Below are positions 11,627 to 20,634 of a stretch of 64,000 nt of DNA, one piece after another. The stretch is from an uncultured cyanobacterium (lineage in GTDB: Bacteria > Cyanobacteriota > Cyanobacteriia > PCC-9006 > JAAUQQ01), in contig OY970368.1 of the NCBI GenBank assembly GCA_963718615.1, positions 928,001 to 992,000 of the forward strand. Reading direction: 5' to 3'. The notes under the pieces are model-generated. The model was not told where the DNA came from. It saw nothing but the letters and a program-made list of their open reading frames with translations, and made no database searches. The position numbers and the translations under genes were made by a program. Numbering within the stretch: position 1 is the stretch's first letter; each line of letters starts with the position of its first letter.

Positions 11627-13156
11627 GTGAGTCTTTCTCTCATCACTCGGGCGACGGAACAGAGCGACAACACCGCTATCGTCACCGCCGAAGGACAGTT
11701 TACCTACTCCGATCTCCTTCGCCGTTCCGGTCAAATCGCCACCCAGTTGCTCAAGGGTGGCGAGGGTTTCGATGCCAACGGTCTTGATGATTTGCAAGAA
11801 CAGCGGGTCGCCTTTCTCATGCCTTCCGGCTTTGACTATGTCGCAACCCAATGGGGAATCTGGCGAGCGGGGGGCATTGCGGTGCCTTTGTGCGTTATCC
11901 ATCCGCGCCCTGAGCTGGACTATGTGATTACGAATGCTGGTGCATCGATTGTGGTTGCCCATCCCGAATTTGAGGCCCTGCTACGCCCGATCGCAGCAAC
12001 CCACGGCTTGCGCTTCATCCTCACTTCAGAACGACTTCCCGCCGCTATCGCGAAGCTGCCAGACTTAGATCTAAGCAGACGGGCCTTAATTCTCTACACG
12101 AGCGGTACCACCGGCAAACCGAAGGGTGTTGTCATGACCCATGGCAATATTCAGGCCCAGGTCACTAGCTTGGTGACCGCTTGGGGGTGGGGGGAGCGCG
12201 ATCGCATTCTCCATGTCCTCCCGCTGCACCATATCCACGGCATTATCAATGTCTTGACCTGTGCCCTGTGGGTTGGGGCCGAGTGTCATATGCTCGCCAA
12301 ATTTGAGGCCGAAACCGTTTGGGAGCGCATTGCCCAAGGCGATCTAACTTTATTTATGGCGGTGCCGACCATCTATGCCAAATTAATCGCAGCCTGGGAA
12401 CAAGCCTCCGGCGAACAGCAGCAGCTCCGCTCCCAAGCCTGTGGCAAAATGCGATTAATGGTGTCCGGCTCCGCTGCCTTGCCCGTCCAATTGTTAGAGC
12501 GCTGGGCGGGGATCAGCGGCCATTTCCTGCTGGAGCGCTATGGCATGACCGAAATTGGCATGGCCCTTTCTAATCCCCTTCAGGGTCAGCGACGGGCGGG
12601 GTTTGTGGGACAACCCTTGCCCCAGGTTGAGGTGCGATTGGTGGATGACCATGGGAGTGCTGTTCCCAGTGGAACCTCCGGTGAAATTCAGGTCAAAGGT
12701 CCGGGGGTCTTTCTGGAATATTGGGAGAACCCAGACGCCACAGCCAAGGCGTTTCAATCGGGTTGGTTTTGTACGGGAGACTTGGCGATCGTTGAGGAAG
12801 ATTGCTATCGCATTTTGGGGCGAATGAGCGTCGATATTATCAAAACCGGCGGCTATAAAGTTTCGGCCTTAGAAATCGAAGAAGTCCTCCGCACCCATCC
12901 CGATATTCAAGACTGTGCCGTGGTGGGCGTGGCTGATCCAGAGTGGGGCGAGCGGGTTTGTGCGGCTTTGGTGCTGAAGGATCAGGCAGAATTAAGGATT
13001 GAAGACTTTCGCCGTTGGGCTAAAGATTATCTCGCGGTTTATAAAGTGCCCAGTCGGATTTTGGCGATCGCCGAACTCCCCCGCAATGCCATGGGAAAAG
13101 TCACCAAACCCGCCGTCGCTAAACTCTTTTCATCCCCCTTGATAGACCCTATCTAA
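11627..13156 (+). CDS. Acyl-CoA synthetase (MatB/ACSF3-like AMP-binding enzyme)
   Basis: YTSGTTGKPKG, LPLHHIHG, ERYGMTEIGM, TGD, LPRNAMGKV. Confidence 0.92.
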   Translation: MSLSLITRATEQSDNTAIVTAEGQFTYSDLLRRSGQIATQLLKGGEGFDANGLDDLQEQRVAFLMPSGFDYVATQWGIWRAGGIAVPLCVIHPRPELDYVITNAGASIVVAHPEFEALLRPIAATHGLRFILTSERLPAAIAKLPDLDLSRRALILYTSGTTGKPKGVVMTHGNIQAQVTSLVTAWGWGERDRILHVLPLHHIHGIINVLTCALWVGAECHMLAKFEAETVWERIAQGDLTLFMAVPTIYAKLIAAWEQASGEQQQLRSQACGKMRLMVSGSAALPVQLLERWAGISGHFLLERYGMTEIGMALSNPLQGQRRAGFVGQPLPQVEVRLVDDHGSAVPSGTSGEIQVKGPGVFLEYWENPDATAKAFQSGWFCTGDLAIVEEDCYRILGRMSVDIIKTGGYKVSALEIEEVLRTHPDIQDCAVVGVADPEWGERVCAALVLKDQAELRIEDFRRWAKDYLAVYKVPSRILAIAELPRNAMGKVTKPAVAKLFSSPLIDPI

Positions 13157-13176
13157 ACCCATGAACGATGCTCGGC

Positions 13177-15234
13177 CTAATCCCCCGATTCCACAATCCA
13201 ATTCAACGCATATTCAACTCGCTTCTGCCCGCCGTTCACCACCACAAATTCGTACAGTCCCGTTTCCGCTAGCGTTCCCTCCCAGTGGTAATCCCCAGAG
13301 AGAGACTGGAGAGCAGACCGCTGGGCAGTTGGGGGATAAATGGCTAAACTCAAACCGGGAGGAGCTTCCAGGGTGACGCGCAAATGCTGACCGGCTTTGA
13401 GATTGGCGATCGCCACCCTCCCCGACTGCGGCTCTACTCCTTTGCGCCAATAGCCATTCCCCGCCGCATCAATCGCCACAGTTGCCAAAGCATCTCCCTG
13501 GGTCACCGCCACGACCTGATCCTTCGCCATGGCCCGCCAAAGCTGATCGATGGCCCCATGGCCATCCCCCGGTTTACGAAGCGATTGCAGCTCGGGAAAG
13601 CGATCGCGAAACCCCAGATCCACCAGATCGTAAAGCGCTCGGCTACTGAGAGATTTTTGATTGACCTGGGCAATCCAGCCCTGGAGAACGCCGTCGCTGT
13701 AGGTTCCCAGTTGCGATCGCTGCTCAGGACTCAGCCGCGCTAACCGATCTAACCACTCCGCCGCCAAGGCATCCCAGGCGGCTCGTAGGGGGGCATCTTC
13801 AGGGGTCGTGCTCAAGTTGCGTCCGGCAAGGTCCGGGTGCGTGGCGTAAAAACTTTCGTTGATCAGTTGGTTATAAAAGGATGGGGGGATGTTGAGGCGA
13901 TCGCGCGCTTGCGTCAAAGCTTGTTTACGAGCCAACTCTTCGGCAGAAAGGGGCGGGGGTTCAGGACTGGTTTCCGGGATGGGGGTGGGGGATGGGGGGG
14001 CGAGGGATGGCGTGAGGGTGACGGCTGCGGGGTTGGGGTTCGGGAGCTGGTTTTGGCGGTGCAGGATCCCATAGGCGGTGCCTAGGGCCAGGATTGCTAA
14101 TACAATAATCTGTCCCCAAGACCGGGACCCAAGCCAAAACCTAGGGCGCTGGGAGGGGGCGGGGCTCGTTTGGGCAGGGGGGGGAGCTGTCACGGGGCCT
14201 TGGATGAGGTTCTGGGTAACGGAACTTTGGGTGACGGCACTTTGGGTAACGGAACTTTGGGTGATGGAACTTTGGGTTTTGAGCTGGGAGACCGCGACGA
14301 TTTGCGCTAGGTCCTGGAGGGCGGCGGCGGCGCTGGGGTAGCGATTGGCAGGGCGGAGTGCAACCATGCGGTAGAGGACGTTGCCTAGCCCTGGATTAAG
14401 GGGTAACGTTTGGGGCCAGGTCCATTCCAACGTATGAACATCCATCAGCCGCTGGGGTTCCCAGCCGCTCAGAAGCGTCAGCGCGGTTACGCCCAGAGCA
14501 TAAACATCACTGTGGGGAAACACCGCCCCATGCTGCATTTGTTCCGGCGGCGCATAGCCCAGTTTGCCCAGACGGGTGCCGTGAACGGTTGTCGCCTGGG
14601 CGGCGCTCGGGCTCATCATTTGCGAGAGCACGGTGACAGCGGCCTGTTTGACCGCCCCAAAGTCGATCAGCACGGGTAAACCGTCGGGTCGCTGGATTAA
14701 ATTATCCGGTGCAATATCCCGGTGAATCATGCCCTGCTGGTGCAGATAGTCCAGCACTGGCAAAATCTGCCGCAACAGCAAGGCTACTTCCGCTTCGCTC
14801 AGGGTTTGGCCCTGGCGCTGTCGCTCCTGGAGCCAGGTTTGGTAGGTGCGTCCTTCGATGTAGTCTTGCACCAAAAACAAATAGTCGTAGCCGCCAAACG
14901 GAAGCCGCCGCAGTTCGCGGAACTTGGGAATTTGCGGATGATCGAGGCGGTAAAGGACCCCCGCTTCCCGCTCAAATAGCCGCTGGGCCTTTTCTAACCC
15001 GGCAGTTCCCTGGACCTGAGGGGCAAACTCCTTCAGCACGCAGGTTTCGTCAAACCGCTGGGTGTCCTTGGCCAGATAGCTGCGGCCAAAGCCGCCTTGA
15101 CCGAGCATTCGGAGGATGCAGTAGCGATCGCCCAACAAAGCCCCCGAAGGAATGATCGGTGCAAACAGCGAAGGGGAATGGGGGAGGGGAGTCACCATAG
15201 GAATTATCCAGCGCAGGATGGGCGATCGCACCAA
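13177..15234 (-). CDS. Membrane Ser/Thr protein kinase (Pkn2-type)
   Basis: LGQGGFG, VLKEF, HRDIAPDN, DFG, GYAPPEQ; TM helix near aa 375-395; extracellular C-terminal domain. Confidence 0.95.
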   Translation of the reverse strand: MVRSPILRWIIPMVTPLPHSPSLFAPIIPSGALLGDRYCILRMLGQGGFGRSYLAKDTQRFDETCVLKEFAPQVQGTAGLEKAQRLFEREAGVLYRLDHPQIPKFRELRRLPFGGYDYLFLVQDYIEGRTYQTWLQERQRQGQTLSEAEVALLLRQILPVLDYLHQQGMIHRDIAPDNLIQRPDGLPVLIDFGAVKQAAVTVLSQMMSPSAAQATTVHGTRLGKLGYAPPEQMQHGAVFPHSDVYALGVTALTLLSGWEPQRLMDVHTLEWTWPQTLPLNPGLGNVLYRMVALRPANRYPSAAAALQDLAQIVAVSQLKTQSSITQSSVTQSAVTQSSVTQNLIQGPVTAPPPAQTSPAPSQRPRFWLGSRSWGQIIVLAILALGTAYGILHRQNQLPNPNPAAVTLTPSLAPPSPTPIPETSPEPPPLSAEELARKQALTQARDRLNIPPSFYNQLINESFYATHPDLAGRNLSTTPEDAPLRAAWDALAAEWLDRLARLSPEQRSQLGTYSDGVLQGWIAQVNQKSLSSRALYDLVDLGFRDRFPELQSLRKPGDGHGAIDQLWRAMAKDQVVAVTQGDALATVAIDAAGNGYWRKGVEPQSGRVAIANLKAGQHLRVTLEAPPGLSLAIYPPTAQRSALQSLSGDYHWEGTLAETGLYEFVVVNGGQKRVEYALNWIVESGD

Positions 15235-15340
15235 AAGTCGCCACCACTAACGATAGGATAAAACACAGACCGCTGCTGAAAACCGCGCCGTCGGCAACTT
15301 GTTCTAATCCTTAAGTTTGGCTGCCCAGGTACCCACTGTG

Positions 15341-16453
15341 ATGAAATCGATTATCCCCGTCCCATTGCCCCAACAGTCCTACAACATCGCCATTGTGCCC
15401 GGCGGCTTGGCGCAGCTAGGGGATTGGATGGTGGTCCAGGATGGGGGGTTGAATCTGGGCAAAAAGGTGTTGCTGGTGTCCAATCCGGAGATTTTTGCAG
15501 TTTATGGCGATCGCGCCTGCCAATCTCTCCAAGCCGCAGGCTTTGACGTGGCGACTCACCTGATCCCAGCGGGGGAAGAACACAAACACCTGGGCTCGAT
15601 CCAAGCGCTCTACGACAGCGCCTTAAACCACAAGCTGGAGCGCTCTTCCACGCTGGTGGCCCTGGGCGGTGGCGTAATTGGCGATATGACGGGGTTCGCG
15701 GCGGCAACCTGGCTGCGGGGGATTAACTTTGTCCAGGTGCCGACGTCGCTATTGGCCATGGTCGATGCTTCAATTGGCGGCAAAACGGGGGTGAATCATC
15801 CCCAGGGGAAAAACCTGATTGGGGCGTTTTATCAACCGAAGCTGGTTCTCATTGACCCGACGGTCTTGGCAACGCTACCGGAGCGGGAGTTTCGAGCGGG
15901 AATGGCGGAAGTGATCAAATACGGGGTGATTTGGTCGGCGGAGCTGTTTGAAGCCTTGGAGCGCAATGAGCGATTGATGCAGCTAGAAGACCTGAGCCCG
16001 GAGTTGCAAACGGCGATTCTGGACCATTCCTGTCGGGCCAAGGCAGAGGTGGTGGGGAAGGACGAAAAGGAATCGGGGTTGCGGGCGATTTTGAATTACG
16101 GCCACACCATCGGCCACGCGGTGGAGAGTCTGACGGGCTACACCGTGGTCAATCATGGGGAAGCGGTGGGGATTGGTATGGTGGCGGCGGGTCATTTGGG
16201 TGTGGCGTTGGGGCTGTGGGATGAAGCCTCGAATGGGCGGCAGTTGGCGCTGATTGAAAAGGCGGGGTTGCCGACGCAATTACCGGCGGGGATTGATCTG
16301 GAAGCGATTATTGATGCTTTGCAAAGTGATAAGAAGGTAAAGGCTGGAAAAGTGCGGTTTATTTTGCCCCAGGCGATCCGTTCTGTGGTGATCACCGATG
16401 AGGTTTCGCGGGAGGTGTTGCGGGAGGTGTTGGCGGGGATGGAAAAATTTTAA
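15341..16453 (+). CDS. aroB: 3-dehydroquinate synthase
   Basis: [41 protein letters not shown]; in-frame ATG at 15341. Confidence 0.97.
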   Translation: MKSIIPVPLPQQSYNIAIVPGGLAQLGDWMVVQDGGLNLGKKVLLVSNPEIFAVYGDRACQSLQAAGFDVATHLIPAGEEHKHLGSIQALYDSALNHKLERSSTLVALGGGVIGDMTGFAAATWLRGINFVQVPTSLLAMVDASIGGKTGVNHPQGKNLIGAFYQPKLVLIDPTVLATLPEREFRAGMAEVIKYGVIWSAELFEALERNERLMQLEDLSPELQTAILDHSCRAKAEVVGKDEKESGLRAILNYGHTIGHAVESLTGYTVVNHGEAVGIGMVAAGHLGVALGLWDEASNGRQLALIEKAGLPTQLPAGIDLEAIIDALQSDKKVKAGKVRFILPQAIRSVVITDEVSREVLREVLAGMEKF

Positions 16454-16473
16454 AATTAAAAAATAAAAAAAAA

Positions 16474-16486
16474 CGCGCTGCGCGCG
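16474..16486 (-). other. GC hairpin with 3-nt loop (CGCGC-GCA-GCGCG), DGR-type cis hairpin and/or terminator
   Basis: Lies about 55 nt downstream of the VR-like stop, after a pyrimidine-rich tract, and is followed by a T-run. Confidence 0.6.
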
Positions 16487-16540
16487 CAAGAGGAGAAAAG
16501 ACCCAAGGGCAGAGGGCAAAAGGTTAAGAAGTGTAAAGTG

Positions 16541-16669
16541 CTAGTGAGTCCTCGCGCTAACACACACCACCCGAAACCCGCAGTAGTAGTTGCGATTGTC
16601 GGGCGAAGCGTTGTTGCGGGAGGCCGAGCGGCAGTCCCTCGGAGATCTGAGCCACGAACCGCCCCGCAG
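16541..16669 (-). pseudogene. Orphan C-terminus of an FGE-sulfatase (CLec-fold) gene, resembling a DGR variable region
   Basis: Minus strand translates LRGGSWLRSPRDCRSASRNNASPDNRNYYCGFRVVCVSARTH*; an in-frame TAA lies about 20 codons upstream, so the gene body is missing. Confidence 0.85.
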
Positions 16670-17105
16670 GCAAACTTTTGTCGAGTGGGTCACCCATGCT
16701 CGGTCTCGTTCGGTCTGGTCACAGGCATTTTATCAACAGCAACGACTGTCGGGTAAATCCCATCAAAAGGCCATTCGTGCTTTGGCTTATAAATGGGGGC
16801 GGATTCTTTGGCGATGTTGGCAGGATAGGACTCCTTATGATGAGGAAAAGTATCTCGCTGCTCTCCGGCGCAAAAACTCTCCTTTGGTCGCTCTTTTACC
16901 GGATTAGTTCTCTATCTTGTTGCTCGATTGAACTGCTTTAGGTTTTGAACCAATCGAATACAAAAAATACGAAGATGGCTCTGATAGACCAGTTTGGCTG
17001 ATACTCAAAACTGACTATTAGGTGGTTTGCGCTGGCTTCAATTCGCTCGGATATTACATCAGAGTTATTTTGTATCTTCTCTATTGACCCTGTCCGCCTC
17101 AGGGC
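16665..17105 (+). mobile_element. IS110-family remnant: transposase C-terminus (16665-16907) plus putative right end
   Basis: RQTFVEW...WSQAFYQQQR..GKSHQKAIRALAYKWGRILWRCWQDRTPYDEEKYLAAL matches IS110 transposase C-termini. Right-end position is inferred from TTGAC...CCTCAGGGC abutting an attC half-site. Confidence 0.75.
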
Positions 17106-17109
17106 CTAT

Positions 17110-17119
17110 GTTATGCTGC
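17110..17119 (-). other. Candidate attC R'' half-site (GCAGCATAAC on the cassette strand)
   Basis: Perfect 10-bp inverted match to 20277-20286; no clean attC hairpin follows, consistent with interruption by the IS. Confidence 0.5.
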
Positions 17120-17356
17120 AATCTGGGCATAATGTGTTCCCCAAAATTTATCGGTTGGGCAGTAGAAGTTGTGGTTGGGAATGCATCCTACAAGCTCGGA
17201 GATTGCATTTCATCCCTAAAGCTGACTTCATAGAATCTTGAGCAAACTTGGGTAGCACGCCAGCCTGATTTTTTAATCAAATCGCTGATGACTCTATAGC
17301 CGTTTACATGAGGTAGATAGTTAATTTGGAACAGTTGAGCTAAAGAATACTTTCAG

Positions 17357-19981
17357 TTATTCAATTTTAGCAATCACTCGAAACTCATGCCTTGTTGAAG
17401 TGCCTTCAACAATCTCAGCGAAATAAGTTTTTCCACCAATGCGATCCCCTCTTTCTTCAAATTGAACTGTCCCTGTTGCTCCATCAAATTTAATGGTGGT
17501 CATGTTTCGTTGGATGGACTCTCGCGTGAATCCTCCTTGTAAGCTATCTTGTAAGCTATCTTGTAAGCTATCTTGTAAGCTATTGACCAGTGCCAAGACA
17601 GCATCATACGCCATTGGCGTGCGCCAAGTGCCTACAGCAGCACCCCAAAGTTTTTCAGCATCGTTCGCGAATTCTTGAGCCGCTTCAGAAATACTTGGAT
17701 CCCAAGGCGTTAAAACGACTGTTCCCAAAATATTTGTGTTTTCCGCCGCCAGGATTTCACCCAGATACATGGAGGGGCTGGCGACGACATCCTGCAAAGC
17801 TTTTTCCCCTTTTGCATAGTCTAATGCTTTAATAACCTCACTTGTATCCTCCGTCGATGGCACAATAAGGAGTCCGGTTGCTCCATCTTCTGTAAGTGTT
17901 TTCAGAAGCATCTCGTTTAAATCTGCCTGAGTAGCTTCAACACCAGCTTGAGCAACAGGACTGAGAATACTCTGAAAGTCGCAACTTCCTTTTAAGAGTT
18001 CAAAGTTATCATCGCTGGATTCTTTCTGCTTATCAATGATATCGCTTGTGAAGGAGTCACTAAAGAGTGAACCAGAATTGAAGCAAACAGAGACGTTCCC
18101 ACTCAAATTCTCTTTTGCGTACTGAATAAATGCCTCGGCTATCTCTTTATCATTTGGGACTGTTCGAAAAAAGTATTTACTCTTAACAGCTAAATCTGTC
18201 TCGCTGCTGGTGGGAGAGATAATAGTCAAGCCGAAGTCATCATAATCCTTGAGAGCGGCTTCAGTTGTACTGCTCGAATTGTGACCAACGACTGCCAGTA
18301 TGTCAGGGTCAGATCCGAAACTATTAGCCACCTGCGCCGCAACGGCACTTTCATTACCATCATCAGCAATCTCGACCTGTAGCAGGAAACCATTGTTTTG
18401 CATCCCTTCATTGCACGTAACTGTTGATTGCTTATTTCTGATTTCTTCTAAGATATCTGTAATTTCTCCGCAATTCTCCTTTGATTGTGCATGAGCAACC
18501 CCTCGAAGTATTTCTTCTGCCCGATCTTTTGATACGCCACTAATAGGGACGCTTACCCCTATCTTGACTACTTGTACATTTTCACCCTCTTTACGTTGTC
18601 TTTCAGCTTCTGCGTTGTTTAGATAGATAAGAGCTTCTGGATCATTTGGATAGCCCGTAAGCCACGCTTCCAGCACTTGCACAGCGTCTTCATATCTACC
18701 CTCTTGAAAATGGGCTTCAGCTAATTCTCTCAGAGCGTTCAGAGGACTGTCACTGTCACTCGCAATCAAAAACTCTTCGCCAAGACTCTTTCTAGACTCT
18801 GGAAGAGGATTACCGGCTTCAAAGATAGCTTCAAACAGCCTAGCCCCGACAGAGAAAACGAGACTGAATCCTATCAAGGCAACAAAGATATAGCCAACCA
18901 GCGAGGCAATAGGCTTGCGATCTTCGGATGCTGACTCAGGCGTTGATGGAGATGGTTCGGCAGCATCCCTTGGTGGAGGGGCATACGTTCGCGTCCTGCC
19001 TTCGGTTACACTTTCTTCTTCAGAGGAAGCTTCTTCTGTCGAGTCTTTTCTTGTAGGAACTTCTTTTGATAGAGAAGCTCCTCTTCGAAGGAGTGTTGGA
19101 TATTGATGCCCCTTCATACCTTCCATATGAACCGCGTTTCGACCATACTCACATGAATCCTCAATTGGGGTTCCTGCACCGAGTGCATCATAAAAGCCAA
19201 TTGCAAATTCAATCGCTGCCTCATCGCCAATAGCCTTACTCATACCGATGACGTAGTTGATATGCCGACTGATGGCTTCAGCCTGAAACTCGGAGTAACA
19301 AGCATTGAGGACAACGCATTCAACTGTTTCCGAACAGAGTTTAAAGAGATTGGCGAGAGCTTCGCTATCAAGTAAGTGATAAGCCCCTAATCTGTTTTCT
19401 ACCACTAATCCATCTTCGCCAGCACCGTGCCCTGCAAAATGTATCAAGTTTGGTTTACAGTCCAAAATTTTCCGTCTTATATCTTTGGTACGGACTGCGC
19501 CAGCTATTTCTATAGAAAAGTTTGAGGAGTAACGAGATCTTTGAATCGCTTCTTGTATTTCTCGCACTTCCTCATTAAGGGACAACCGCTCCGTATTTTT
19601 AGGATTAGCCGATAATATTAATATTTTCCATGTTTTAGTTGGAGCCTTTACGATAGTAGGACTTGATGTTCCGTGACCGATTTCATACTTACTGATTAAT
19701 GTATCAAGCCATTGCTGGTTCTCAACGCCTGTAAATTGTCTTACGGCTTTTATAAATTTTCCTAAGGCATAAGTTCCATCATCCAGACGACCATAACTCG
19801 ATAATTGCTTAACAATTTGACTAGTTACAACAAACGTATCACCGGATAAATCAATCGTAGCGACAAACTGGCTCAACCCAGCAAAGTCAAGTATTGCCTG
19901 ACGACCAGGTTTCGTAGCTAGCTGTGGCAGATCCTTAAGGAGAATGACGAGGTGCTGGAAATCTTCAGTGCTAAGCTGCAT
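17357..19981 (-). CDS. EAD-like + CHAT (caspase-like) + TM + TPR-like + LivJ-type periplasmic binding domain protein
   Basis: ILILSANP, HFAGHG and VVLNACYS (CHAT His/Cys dyad); TM IASLVGYIFVALIGFSLVFSV; PNDPEALIYLNNA; LAVVGHNSS, SPTSS, FFRTVP, FDGATGTVQF...GDR. Confidence 0.9.
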   Translation of the reverse strand: MQLSTEDFQHLVILLKDLPQLATKPGRQAILDFAGLSQFVATIDLSGDTFVVTSQIVKQLSSYGRLDDGTYALGKFIKAVRQFTGVENQQWLDTLISKYEIGHGTSSPTIVKAPTKTWKILILSANPKNTERLSLNEEVREIQEAIQRSRYSSNFSIEIAGAVRTKDIRRKILDCKPNLIHFAGHGAGEDGLVVENRLGAYHLLDSEALANLFKLCSETVECVVLNACYSEFQAEAISRHINYVIGMSKAIGDEAAIEFAIGFYDALGAGTPIEDSCEYGRNAVHMEGMKGHQYPTLLRRGASLSKEVPTRKDSTEEASSEEESVTEGRTRTYAPPPRDAAEPSPSTPESASEDRKPIASLVGYIFVALIGFSLVFSVGARLFEAIFEAGNPLPESRKSLGEEFLIASDSDSPLNALRELAEAHFQEGRYEDAVQVLEAWLTGYPNDPEALIYLNNAEAERQRKEGENVQVVKIGVSVPISGVSKDRAEEILRGVAHAQSKENCGEITDILEEIRNKQSTVTCNEGMQNNGFLLQVEIADDGNESAVAAQVANSFGSDPDILAVVGHNSSSTTEAALKDYDDFGLTIISPTSSETDLAVKSKYFFRTVPNDKEIAEAFIQYAKENLSGNVSVCFNSGSLFSDSFTSDIIDKQKESSDDNFELLKGSCDFQSILSPVAQAGVEATQADLNEMLLKTLTEDGATGLLIVPSTEDTSEVIKALDYAKGEKALQDVVASPSMYLGEILAAENTNILGTVVLTPWDPSISEAAQEFANDAEKLWGAAVGTWRTPMAYDAVLALVNSLQDSLQDSLQDSLQGGFTRESIQRNMTTIKFDGATGTVQFEERGDRIGGKTYFAEIVEGTSTRHEFRVIAKIE

Positions 19982-20279
19982 GTCTAGCGATCTTCCTCAA
20001 AGGACAACGAGGGAACGTACCCGGATTTCAGGATCTCTAACGCTTGGAACTACTTACAAAATTCGGCTCATGTTAATGGAAATGTTGACAGGAAAGTGTT
20101 TTGATAAACACCTAGACGCAATTTTAAGAGAATTCTGATCTTTTTTCACAATTTCGCCAAGTTTATTAGCGTGAATTCCCAATTGTTCCAATACTGTGAC
20201 TTCTGTCACTAAACTGCATGACGAAATGCTGCGTGACAAGCAGATGAACTTCAAGTACCTTCACAACAGAGGACTAGCA

Positions 20280-20395
20280 GCATAACGATTTAGCTCAGCC
20301 GCGCCAAGAAATCTAGCTATTATCAACGCATGTTGATAGCGCGGCTGGCTCATCAATCCTTTTTTTGTGGCGTCGGTTGCAGCGATGTGTTAATT
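20280..20395 (-). other. Integron attC site (116 bp)
   Basis: Minus strand: AATTAAC-ACATC-GCTGCAACCGACGCCA ... TGGCGCGGCTGAGC-TAAATC-GTTATGC, with 5/6-bp spacers and two extra bases on the R''/L'' arm as in canonical attC. Confidence 0.85.
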
Positions 20396-20479
20396 CGTAG
20401 CGGAGTTGTTTACAGTGTTCCCAAGCGCTAACATTAAATCTATAGGCAAGCCTCCTCAGTGATTCATATTTCCGCTGCG

Positions 20480-20500
20480 ATTTAACTCTTAATAGGCAGA
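20480..20500 (-). other. Candidate attI core (TGCCTATTAAGA-GTTAAAT)
   Basis: GTTRRRY core 150 bp upstream of intI, facing the array. GTTAAATCGCAGCGG matches the cassette end at 20389-20403 as an inverted repeat (13/15). Confidence 0.65.
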
Positions 20501-20631
20501 AATTTTCTGTATATCATCCTCATAGAGCATGATAGCCAGAAACTTTCTACATATCCCCTAGACGATATCCCGAAACTTTCCGTATAACCCGCATATAGGG
20601 GTGATAGGCAGAAATATTCTTCATATCGCCC
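20492..20631. repeat. Four imperfect palindromic direct repeats, consensus ATAGGCAGAAAnTTTCTnnATATC
   Basis: Copies start at 20492, 20532, 20565 and 20604, between attI and the intI start. Confidence 0.8.
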
Positions 20632-20634
20632 ACC

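Noticed and set aside
16541-16669. DGR template repeat, or a complete DGR
   Set aside because: Many variable codons are already non-AAC, it has a stop and 3' hairpin like a VR, and no RT or avd gene is in the window
16538-16756. 72-aa plus-strand ORF (PKPAVVVAIVGRSVVAGGRAAVP)
   Set aside because: Antisense shadow of the VR-like sequence; the minus frame carries the conserved RGGSW/CRSA/GFRV motifs
20034-20185. Possible additional attC upstream of the CHAT gene (CTCTAAC GCTTGG...)
   Set aside because: The arms pair poorly and there is no GTT at the expected spacing; at most a degenerate relic, needing a covariance-model scan
20492-20631. Mini CRISPR array
   Set aside because: Repeats are degenerate, gaps between them are too short for spacers, and there are no cas genes
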